Assembly: GCA_000002445.1 (NCBI GenBank)
Contig: CM000208.1
Coordinates: forward strand, 1,696,001-1,760,000
DNA from: Trypanosoma brucei
Lineage: Eukaryota
DNA length: 64,000 bases
Direction of reading: 5' to 3'
Position 1 is the stretch's first letter, and each line of letters begins with the position of its first letter. The notes under the pieces were generated by a model. It saw only the letters and a program-made list of their open reading frames with translations, was not told the DNA's origin and made no database searches. The translations under genes were made by a program, and so were the position numbers. This document shows, one piece after another, positions 55,004 through 64,000 of the stretch.

Positions 55004-56419
55004 TTGATGCGCTGCTTCTACCTGGCTGATGTAGATAGGATGGTGGGTTGCAGAAGGTTGTGGACAGGCGCTCTGTCAACTTTTCGGGTAATCGTCCGTC
55101 ACGCGACAGACGTAGTGGGCCGTCTCTCTAACAGTGCTGCCGAACGCTGCATTCTGTGGAACTATGGACTGGACGGGAAAACCCCACCGGAATGCCGTTT
55201 CCACCAGCAGGAAACACCTGAGGAACCGCATCACAGGTGTGAGGTGGTAGCACTCGTTTTCTTGGGGCAGTGCTTAACTTCTTTCATGAATGGATCTTAC
55301 CAGCCAACACTGATCACCATCTACGGCAGTGTTGTATCTTCCCTCACTCCATTCAAACGCCATCTGGAGCAGTTTGCAGAAAATGTGCAGTTCTATCGTC
55401 TGTTTCTTCAAGGCTCGGGCACTCTAGTGTGCGGTGCATGTGATGCTCCCCTTTTGGTGTGGCTGGTAATGCCGTGGGAGAAAGATGGACCAGCCATACA
55501 TAAGTTCGTTATCAGGCTTGCTCAGTCATTGCGTTGCAATGCGCTGGTCGTAGCAGTGCCCCTCAATGGCTCATGTGGGCAGAAAGAGACTGTAAAGCGC
55601 CTTTCTGTCTTGCTAGAGTTGGGAAGGCAAAGAGCGCGCGCACAGCGGGTTGTCCTTGGCGGAAGTAACCTAGCAGGGATGTTTGTTTTACTATACCTAC
55701 AGGAACGATACAGCTCCCTACGCTTAGGTCCTTACGCCGCGGCAGCGCCCGAAACGGCACACCGCGCGGTGTGCTGCAGTGTGATTCTCGTTGATCCGTT
55801 TGTTGGGTGGGAAGTTGCCCATCTCTTTCACACCAACGCACCCCAACGTTCTGCGTTTCAGGGAGTGTCGGATGCGAACCGAGATTCGATACCGCCAAAC
55901 CCACCACAAGCGTACTCCGCTCGTTCCCCACCATCCACCCCGATTTCTGTAAAGGATCGTTTCAAACATGCCGTGATGATGGCGAGTGGCTCCCGCGTCC
56001 GAAAGTGGTTTCCTCCGGCCATCGCGTACGAGGCACCGCCGATGGTTTTGCTTGGGAAGGAGTCCGGAATGTGGATAGAAGAGCTGCGTGACTTCAATGC
56101 GAAGGTGGATCGGTTTTGTGTCGAGGAGAACAGGCACAGGGTGCTTTTCTTCCCATATTCCATTAGAACCACAGCCGCAGGTATGCTGGTATCGGTGAAC
56201 TGCCGTGTGGAATTGGAGCGGATGCTGCGTATGGTGGAGGGTTTCATCATCCGGCACCTTTCACGAGACGGTTGGTGTGCGGGTGTCCGACATTCCAACA
56301 CTCCATTCAACTGGGGAGAGCCAATGGAAAGGCAACGGTCCCCAGCTGGGGAAGTAACGATATGGGCAGCGTTGCCGCCGTCACAGAGAGGAGTAGTTGA
56401 GACATCGGGGAGAAGATGA
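55004..56419 (+). CDS. Hypothetical protein
   Basis: A 471-aa ORF in the same orientation as its neighbours. I recognise no motifs, and the start codon is uncertain (alternative ATG at 55040). Confidence 0.35.
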   Translation: MMRCFYLADVDRMVGCRRLWTGALSTFRVIVRHATDVVGRLSNSAAERCILWNYGLDGKTPPECRFHQQETPEEPHHRCEVVALVFLGQCLTSFMNGSYQPTLITIYGSVVSSLTPFKRHLEQFAENVQFYRLFLQGSGTLVCGACDAPLLVWLVMPWEKDGPAIHKFVIRLAQSLRCNALVVAVPLNGSCGQKETVKRLSVLLELGRQRARAQRVVLGGSNLAGMFVLLYLQERYSSLRLGPYAAAAPETAHRAVCCSVILVDPFVGWEVAHLFHTNAPQRSAFQGVSDANRDSIPPNPPQAYSARSPPSTPISVKDRFKHAVMMASGSRVRKWFPPAIAYEAPPMVLLGKESGMWIEELRDFNAKVDRFCVEENRHRVLFFPYSIRTTAAGMLVSVNCRVELERMLRMVEGFIIRHLSRDGWCAGVRHSNTPFNWGEPMERQRSPAGEVTIWAALPPSQRGVVETSGRR

Positions 56420-57663
56420 AACAGGGGGAGCGAAGTTGGGCAGAGAAAGTGGAAAAGTCGACAATGCCACGTGGATCTACTTCACATCCCAACGTTGCCC
56501 GTGTTTATAAGTTGGCCCTCAACTTATTATCGACCTTCTTTTCGCGCACAGGTGTAACTTACTGGTGCGATATCGGTGTCTCTCTACTTCCCTTCTCTCC
56601 GTCTAACATATATATTAAGTGATTAGGTCCATTTTATTTTATTTTATTGCTCATCTATTTGTTCTGTTCCCCTCGCTCATTTGGTTCGTTACGAATGTCG
56701 TGATCTTTATTTTTTTTTTCAGAATATATGATCGTCAATTGAAACACACAAACAACGATGACAACAGTGAGACAGAGCACATGATTGTTGCTTGGTTTCT
56801 TCACTCCCATAATTTGTGGACCCACATCATATACGTATGTGGGGAACCATATGTATATCTATTTGCTCCTTTACACATGTGTATATCTGTGTGTGTGTGT
56901 ATTTTTATTTTATTCTACCTACCTACTTACTTTAAACAATCCACACACTCCCAAGAAAAAAAAGGGGGCCTTGCGATGGTGTGTGCATATGTTTGTGCGT
57001 AACATCCTCTGCGAATGTGGACTCTCAACCCTGTGATCAAGAAGAAAGGAGAAAAAAGAATTGAAGTGTTGGGTAATAGCTCCAAAAGGGGGGAAAGTAG
57101 GTAAGACTTTCGACCCGCGCGAAAAAGTGGATCTCCATCGTTTTGCTTTTTTTTTTGTTTTTTTTTTTGCAGTTGCCATTGCATTTTGTTGTTATACCCA
57201 CTATCTCTTTCCTTCAAGCGCACTCCGGCATCGCGGTGTGTCTTACTCTAAAGGCATACCCCAACCCCCCCCCCCAAAAAAAAGATACAAAGCGGATTGA
57301 CACTAACGTCTCGCAGCAATCATTTTCTTCGTTGGTGTGTAAAAGAAAGAGAGAGGAAGAAAAAAAATGTGTAGATGTGCATCTGCCTTTGGGATGTGTG
57401 GCGCGCACTTTGAATTTATCAGATGCAGGAGCTGAGGCAAAAAGGGGGGAGTGATGCATTTGGTTCCTATCGTTCCTTTTCCTATCTCGTTTGTTTTTTT
57501 TTTTTGGTTACAAGCTCTCTTTTTGTGATTGTCATGAATTTTTTTTTGCTTGTTTTGTCCCTCCGAGTGATATAAGTGCTGATCTTCCGTTCATCTCATT
57601 TTTCGCACTTACCTTTTTGCCATTTATTTACGTGCATATGCAAGTTTTAGGTGTCGCACGCAA

Positions 57664-59316
57664 ATGGCAACATCCATTCAGCAAAATCCATTGCGGGTGC
57701 GCACGCTAGAAGTCCTGTGGCATTGGAGGGAAATCGACGATGAGGCGCTGCAGTTTGGTCTCCAGGGAGGTAGTATCGAAGGTATTGTTTCTATAGATTA
57801 CAATCGAGTAGAAGATCGCATAGTTACTTCAGGTGGCGACAGATACATACGCCTATGGAACCTCAATATCGCTGCAATTGACCGGTGGCTTAAAAATAGT
57901 GAGAGCGGCATGGAAGATTGCGTTCAGTTTATATGTGGTGGGGTAACACCGTGGATGCCTTTGACCGCACGGTGGGCACCAAACGGCCGTCTTATCGCCT
58001 CGGGCCACTGTGATGGAAAAATATGCCTGTGGTGGAAGGAGAGCAGTAGAGATGGTGAGCCTGAGCAATGGAAGGATTATAGACATCTTTCCGGACACGT
58101 GATTGATGTGCACGATGTGTGCTTCTCGCCAGACTCGCGTTACCTCCTCAGTGCCGGTGGTGATGGGACGGTTGTGCTGCACGATCTTGAGGGAAGCACC
58201 ATGCCGGTGGTGCAGCTTCAGGAGGCACACAGCAAGTTTTGTCGTGGTGTGGCGTGGGATCCTTGGATGCACTATGTTGCTAGTTGCGGCAGTGGGCCAG
58301 CGTTGTATATTATGCAAGGGCCGAAGCACGGAGCGAAGCGAGCCTCTCTGGTATCCCAGCGAAAGGCACAGGGAGATTTTATTGGCGAGTCGTGTAGTGC
58401 ATCATATCGACGCCTTGCATGGTCGCCGGATGGTGCGATTCTTGCGGTACCGTACGGTAAAGTTTCGCAACACAAACACTCACGTTCCGCTTGCAGTGGT
58501 GGTGGGTCGGAAGATGCGACAGCTGGAGCCGCTGCGGGAGAGGACCGTTGGAAGAATTCTATGGTACATTGCGTTTACATGTACATACGTAACGCTCCGG
58601 ATAAAGTTGCAGCCCGCTTAACGGTGCGGGGTGATGCGGAGGTGCGAGGTGTACAATGGGCCCCGTGTTTCCTGGAACCCATAGATGAAATAACGTGTAA
58701 TGAAGAACAAAACGACACGACTGCAGCTGAGGTAAGCAACCAAGCGAGAAAAAGTGGACCCACAGCAGAAGAAAAAGGTTCGTGGGGCCCCGCTGATTAC
58801 CGCATGGCATTAGCAGTATGGACTGCAGATGCTGTCATGGTATATACCACAGACAGTGAAGTTCGGCACAGTGACTTCACGGATTTACATATGCGCAGCA
58901 TCTACGATGTGGCATGGAGCCCTGACGCATCTTACCTTTTAACGGCTGGACTTGATGGTTACATTACCGTCATATCAACTGGCGGTTCTCTCGGTGTTGC
59001 CCACCGTTTGCCTTTGTTCTCCAAGAAACCAACGACAAGGAGGTTGTGCACCGTGTTGCAGAATGTGAAAACGGAAAGTGAAACGTTGGGACCAGGGAGA
59101 GGAGCAACAAAAACGACTAATGCAGCAACGAAAAAGGAACCCGTTGGTGGTGAAGAGGCGGAAAACGCGAGCAGTAACACTGTCGTGCACGCGCCGGTGA
59201 AAAAGAAAAAGAAGTTAGAGCCACAAGCGCAGGAAATGTATCCGGCAAAAGAGGAACCAGATACTGCTGTGAGCCTTGGTGAGCTTTCCAAACTTATGGA
59301 TAACCTCAACGATTAA
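57664..59316 (+). CDS. WD40-repeat protein, CAF-1 p60 (CHAF1B)/HIRA-like
   Basis: N-terminal WD repeats with the pattern typical of the CAF1B/HIRA family: 'VLWHW...IVSIDYN...RIVTSGGDRYIRLWNL', 'WAPNGRLIASGHCDGKICLW', 'LSGHVIDVHDVCFSPDSRYLLSAGGDGTVVLHDL', 'VAWDPWMHYVASCGS'. The length (550 aa) and the acidic/basic C-terminal tail also fit. Confidence 0.5.
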   Translation: MATSIQQNPLRVRTLEVLWHWREIDDEALQFGLQGGSIEGIVSIDYNRVEDRIVTSGGDRYIRLWNLNIAAIDRWLKNSESGMEDCVQFICGGVTPWMPLTARWAPNGRLIASGHCDGKICLWWKESSRDGEPEQWKDYRHLSGHVIDVHDVCFSPDSRYLLSAGGDGTVVLHDLEGSTMPVVQLQEAHSKFCRGVAWDPWMHYVASCGSGPALYIMQGPKHGAKRASLVSQRKAQGDFIGESCSASYRRLAWSPDGAILAVPYGKVSQHKHSRSACSGGGSEDATAGAAAGEDRWKNSMVHCVYMYIRNAPDKVAARLTVRGDAEVRGVQWAPCFLEPIDEITCNEEQNDTTAAEVSNQARKSGPTAEEKGSWGPADYRMALAVWTADAVMVYTTDSEVRHSDFTDLHMRSIYDVAWSPDASYLLTAGLDGYITVISTGGSLGVAHRLPLFSKKPTTRRLCTVLQNVKTESETLGPGRGATKTTNAATKKEPVGGEEAENASSNTVVHAPVKKKKKLEPQAQEMYPAKEEPDTAVSLGELSKLMDNLND

Positions 59317-59770
59317 ATATTCACCTCCATCATTCCCCCTAAACTATAATTTGGCCAAATCTTTGGTCTTAGAAAAAGTTATCACACACAAATAGAAAAA
59401 GGATAAGAGGTATATTACTCAGTCAGATGCTAGCATTTGTTATTGTCGTTGGTATTTAATTTTTCCCATGTCTTCAACCGCCTATAACTTACGTTTGTAC
59501 TGACGAATTTGTGCAAATGCGCCGCCTCAATAAGCCACGTAGCGGCGGATCGGGACGGGTGCGTGAAGTTGGTTGTGTGCCATTAACTTTTTAAACTAGT
59601 ACTCCTGCTCTTCCCTGTAAACTCCACTCTCACTCTGCACCAGACGCAACAGAAGAAAGGAAAAGGTAAAATAAAGGGAAACTAATATTGAGGAATATTT
59701 CTCCTTTTTTTCATATTAAGTTTTGTTAAGGGCGGCAGTGCAACTGGGGGCGGGTGGGGTCGTAATTTAA

Positions 59771-62422
59771 ATGATGTCCATCCCAAACCTCACGGATGCA
59801 CCAGGTGGAATACTCATAGCGCACAGCCACAACCAGTCAACGAGCGCCGTGCCTTCTGGCGGTTCAGTGGATCCTAACAATGATGTCCGCGGTAACATAA
59901 CGCGCCTTACTGCGCGCGCAAGGCAACTGTTGGTTAGCGACATAGACACGCGAGTTGTCCGAAACGGCCTCAGCACATACGAAATGTCGCGCAAAACAGC
60001 CACGGATGCACGGTTGTGGGCACAGGTAGCTGGTCAAGCAACCTCTTCACAGGCATCAGTAGAACTCTTTATGGCAAGCCTCGGTTTCAACCTTCAGGAG
60101 CAGCTGCGTCTCCTTCATCAATTACACACCAACCAACTGCCTATTGTAGGGAGAAACCAGTTGGATAGCCTCGATGCACCGTGGGATACACAAGCGAGTG
60201 ACGAACTGGGCACCGCACTGGAGGTGTTTGTGGCGAACCGTCGTCACGAGATCATGCAACGGAGTGTAGACGAGATGCACCAACGCGTAGGTGAGATGAT
60301 GCAAGAGCGCTCGGAGGCCATCATACGCTCTTCGTGGGAAAAGTACAGTGTTGAAATTGCAGATGTTTTTGAAACCGCTTCATTAAAGGCTGGAAGCGGT
60401 GGTGGCAGGGGAGGAAACAGCAGGAACAGCATCAGCAACGGCCAGTTGATGCATGCTAGTACACTTGGGGGGGCAGTTAACGGTGTAGCCGCTGCGGGCA
60501 CCGCGTTGCAGTCTCATGCAGGTGTTGTAGCGCTGCTAAACGGTCGTGACACCGCATCGACGAAGGCCCTCGCCAAAGTTTCTGCCTTTGCGCACATCGT
60601 TCACACTCAGCCGCCGCAAAAATGGAGTTCACACTTTACCAATCACGTTGTTGACGACACTCCAAATTCAGTGGAGGAGGTGGCCGTTCTGTGGACCACC
60701 GTTGGGCACATCTTGCAGCCCATAATAGAACGTGGCTCTGCAGCGACATCAATAACTTACGTCAGCTCCAGCCGGCGGGTGATGGAACGGAAGGCTTTGG
60801 CGGCGGTTTTCTCCATCATGCTGAAGGTCGAGTCAGATCGCCTCTCTGATATGGAAAACATGCACGCAACCCGCTTCATCGGCGTTGTGGAGCGCTACAC
60901 TTCTTCATCTAATCCGTGGGCACACATATTTACCTCGATGCGCTGCGGCCGCTACGATGCGGCGGCAGCCATTGCGGCTGCTGCTGGTTTCGGTTTAGTG
61001 GAAAAGACTCTTAGTTCCTATGCCTCGGGGAACGTGATGGAACAGTACACACCGTCTTGCCCGTTAGAACTTCGTGCTCTTTATTCAGAGGATTGCACAC
61101 GCTCAGATCCCTACAGACATACTGTTCTCTTTCTGTTGCTTGCGGGGAAAACTGGGGAGAGCAATGAGGTGGTTCAATCGACAGTAGCGTCATTGTCGTC
61201 AAAGGTTGCCCGGTCGCTGGAAGACACGTTATGGATACGACTTTTTTGTCTCCACACCGTTGATGCAAATAACAGTGAGAAGATACAGTCCTTGTCAGAT
61301 ATGCAGCGGTTACTGTTAGATGATATGCAGGATCTGGTCGCACTGACACGCGGTAATGTTGTTCGTTTGGCGTCTTTAATGTTCCATGCATTATTGCCGT
61401 CCTCGGGGGTTCGACTGCTGACGGAAAATGACTCCACATACGTCGATGGTGTCCACCTCGCGATGTGCTTTCACAACAGCAAGATGCTCCAATGCAGTGA
61501 TGCGGAGGTTCCACTCGACCTTAGCCGTGCCATACAGCAGTACTGCTCCATCGCACTACTCGACGCCGACAGACGTCGGATGAATGCTTCCCAAGTAGGA
61601 CCAGCCATTTTCTGGTACTTCTTTCGCACTGGTCTTATTGACACGTTTGTGGACTACTGCAGTAACGAATTGGTGTGTGCGAAGCTATTTGGTCAGCGTG
61701 CTGGTGGTGGCAGTAACGATGGTGCGCTCTTTCAACACGGGGGTGTACCCCCCAACGAACTTTTGGATGCAATGGTGCGCATCGCTGAGGACGCAATCGC
61801 ACGGGGAAAGACAGAGCTTGCGGTACATGTACTAACGGTGTTGGACCATGCTGCCACACTCGTTTCGGATGACGCTCGATCAGGGTATGCACTCAGCCGC
61901 GCTGTGCAGAAGATTTGCCCAGCACTCGCACAGGCATTTCACAATGAACCTACGAGTGAAAGTGCAAATCTCTTCGTGCACGCCGCCGTTCTTCGGGAGC
62001 GGTTGGCGCAAACGAAATGTGTAATTCCATCGGCCCAGACGGACACTTTCCACCTGCTGTGCCGGATGGGCGAAGTGCACGCTAACGCCGTGCGCGGTAA
62101 CGCCGAGATGGCAGTACGATGCTTCTGTAACCTTCCTTTTGTCCCGGCAAGTCCCGCCGATGTTGAGCGGTGTGCAGAACTTTTTGATACAGCACCAGAC
62201 ACCGTGGCAACTGCGGCGCCACCGATCATTATCCACGCACTGCGGCAGTTGTTGCGTCTTGTGAAAGAGCAGAGGGCGTTGCATGATGGGGCGAGTGACG
62301 AACTGCTGTTGCAACGAAATCAGGCACAGCAAATTATTGCATGGGTGCGTCGCTGGAAGAGGCATATGAACCGCTCTCTCTTAGATGAGCTAATCGTTCT
62401 AGAGCGGTTGTTTGTGCAGTGA
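59771..62422 (+). CDS. Nucleoporin of the Nup93/Nic96 family (candidate)
   Basis: This is an 883-aa all-helical protein. Local matches to human NUP93 as I recall it: 'FTSMRCGRYDAAAAIA' vs 'YYCMRCGDLLAASQVV', and 'LWTTVGHIL...SSRRVMERKALAAVFS' vs 'MWTMVKQMT...SSVEVRMEFVRQALAYLE'. It has an N-terminal coiled-coil-like region. Confidence 0.55.
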   Translation: MMSIPNLTDAPGGILIAHSHNQSTSAVPSGGSVDPNNDVRGNITRLTARARQLLVSDIDTRVVRNGLSTYEMSRKTATDARLWAQVAGQATSSQASVELFMASLGFNLQEQLRLLHQLHTNQLPIVGRNQLDSLDAPWDTQASDELGTALEVFVANRRHEIMQRSVDEMHQRVGEMMQERSEAIIRSSWEKYSVEIADVFETASLKAGSGGGRGGNSRNSISNGQLMHASTLGGAVNGVAAAGTALQSHAGVVALLNGRDTASTKALAKVSAFAHIVHTQPPQKWSSHFTNHVVDDTPNSVEEVAVLWTTVGHILQPIIERGSAATSITYVSSSRRVMERKALAAVFSIMLKVESDRLSDMENMHATRFIGVVERYTSSSNPWAHIFTSMRCGRYDAAAAIAAAAGFGLVEKTLSSYASGNVMEQYTPSCPLELRALYSEDCTRSDPYRHTVLFLLLAGKTGESNEVVQSTVASLSSKVARSLEDTLWIRLFCLHTVDANNSEKIQSLSDMQRLLLDDMQDLVALTRGNVVRLASLMFHALLPSSGVRLLTENDSTYVDGVHLAMCFHNSKMLQCSDAEVPLDLSRAIQQYCSIALLDADRRRMNASQVGPAIFWYFFRTGLIDTFVDYCSNELVCAKLFGQRAGGGSNDGALFQHGGVPPNELLDAMVRIAEDAIARGKTELAVHVLTVLDHAATLVSDDARSGYALSRAVQKICPALAQAFHNEPTSESANLFVHAAVLRERLAQTKCVIPSAQTDTFHLLCRMGEVHANAVRGNAEMAVRCFCNLPFVPASPADVERCAELFDTAPDTVATAAPPIIIHALRQLLRLVKEQRALHDGASDELLLQRNQAQQIIAWVRRWKRHMNRSLLDELIVLERLFVQ

Positions 62423-63043
62423 AGCGTTATATTTCGATACTGGTGAACACTCCCTCCCCCCTTCTCTAGTGAGTTGAATGACCGAATAGGGGAACAAATG
62501 GGAGGACACGAAATCAGTTGGGTCTTGCTGAACAGTTGGGGAAGCTTGAAAGAATAAAGGTAGGGTTAGGGAGGCAAGTTTTCTGACGGGGGAATATGAG
62601 GTGTGTTGAAGTGATTCTGTTGGTACCAGACCTGAAGGCAGAAAATAGCAAAATACAAAGCAAAGAGGAAGAGAAGGTCGACCGGAGCGATCTCTTGTCA
62701 TTTTTCTAGCACCTTCTTTAACACGCTATACATGGTTTTGGCTATGGTTCTCGCCTGGAGCTTTAGAGGGGGCGGTAACTTGTTGATTGGGTGAAGGAGG
62801 GAGGTGAACGTTAAAAGAAGACTGAAATCATATGATGGGTGGACACATCGTGCCCTCTTGTGCCGCCAGGCGCCAGTCTACCTAATGTGCTTGCGGTAAA
62901 CTGTCTCACCACGCTTTATATGGCGTGAACGCCGTGAAAGTCGTGCTGTAAGACCTTCAGATGTAACTTATCTTCTCGACATCACAACTATTAGGGCAGA
63001 AGTGTTGTTTAGCTCCCCAGAAAGGGGGAAGGGTGTTACTCCC

Positions 63044-63748
63044 ATGCAGCAGCGTCTTGTTCTCATTGCTACTGACTTTGTAACGCTCTACCAAGAGGCC
63101 CTCAGCCGACAACTACTAACTCCCGCTGCGTTGACACCCGATGCGTTCAAGGATCTCTTTGATCGTATTAACGTAGAATATATGCACTATGCAGGTGCCG
63201 GTGCGACGCAGCCATACTTCGAAGATGTTGTGGAGAATCTGTTGCAGCTTGCTGCAGCGTACATCACACTGCCGCCCGACGCTGCTCCTAACAGCCGAGC
63301 CTTTGGGGTTTATTTGACCTTTTTCCTGTATGCCACGCAGCCAGCCATCGAAACATCACCAGTAAAGGTGCAAATTTCTCTGGGAACTCTACAAAGGTAC
63401 GTGGAAGATATAGATTCCACAGCACGAGACAACCAGGGAGTGATAACAAGCCTCGGTTGCCGCGTGTCAGACGGCGAAAAGCGGCTCCTGTTGGCGCTAC
63501 ACAAGTCTGGGGCCCTGAAGGTCATGCCCTTTATCGATGACTCGCTCTACGTGCGTACTCTAATTGAAGTGCATGAGCAAGCGGGTCTTCCACTACTCAC
63601 ATGTGTGGCTCCCCAGCGGTCAAATCCAAGTCCACACATTGCATTGGAGGGGGGAACATGTGTAGACGATGATCTATCAAATCAACTCCATGCATACAGG
63701 GAAATGAGGCGTCGCATTAACACTGAAAGTCTGCTGAAGCGTAAATGA
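63044..63748 (+). CDS. Hypothetical protein
   Basis: The ORF runs 63002–63748. The first ATG after the upstream AG is at 63044 (MQQRLVLIATDF...). I recognise no family. Confidence 0.35.
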   Translation: MQQRLVLIATDFVTLYQEALSRQLLTPAALTPDAFKDLFDRINVEYMHYAGAGATQPYFEDVVENLLQLAAAYITLPPDAAPNSRAFGVYLTFFLYATQPAIETSPVKVQISLGTLQRYVEDIDSTARDNQGVITSLGCRVSDGEKRLLLALHKSGALKVMPFIDDSLYVRTLIEVHEQAGLPLLTCVAPQRSNPSPHIALEGGTCVDDDLSNQLHAYREMRRRINTESLLKRK

Positions 63749-64000
63749 GTGTAATGCTTCGGTGCTGTTTGCAGTTGCAGTTGCAGATGCAGATGTGCCA
63801 GTCGCTCTTAATGAAATATTCCATTCTTGTTTTGATAAGTACTGTTCTTGGTTACTTCTTCGCTGTTTAAACGTAACTGCTCGTATTTTTTTTTTATTTC
63901 CTGGTGTAAACACGTAAATCGGCATGGTTGCGACACAACACGATTAGGCGGAACTAGGTGGCTTACTCACCTTTACACAAATACGTGGAGAGGAGGAGGG

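Overview
This window looks like a nuclear chromosome segment from a kinetoplastid, most likely a Trypanosoma brucei-clade trypanosome, not a prokaryote. Every credible gene (about 28) lies on the + strand with no introns, and genes are separated by pyrimidine-rich tracts followed by AG, which is the organisation of a single polycistronic transcription unit processed by trans-splicing. Recognisable products, identified by remembered motifs only, include three tandem choline-transporter-like (CTL/SLC44/PNS1-family) membrane protein genes with the third frameshifted, VPS45, a large gamma-tubulin-complex (GCP) protein, DRG1 GTPase, guanylate kinase, BBS4, endonuclease V, a membrane SDR, cytosolic GAPDH, sterol 24-C-methyltransferase, a DPP8-like S9 serine peptidase, a histidine acid phosphatase, a CAF-1 p60-like WD40 protein and a Nup93/Nic96-like nucleoporin. 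The two most unusual structures are (i) the mosaic 2.2-kb tandem CTL array and (ii) a ~2.2–2.6-kb segment (32368–34960, again at 42103–44343) that starts with the last 315 bp of the peptidase gene and carries a GC-rich non-coding ~1-kb core flanked by ~480-bp direct repeats (LTR-like A–B–A). No rRNA, tRNA, CRISPR array or prokaryotic-style defence/operon system is supportable from the sequence. All functional calls rest on motif recognition from memory, not database searches.
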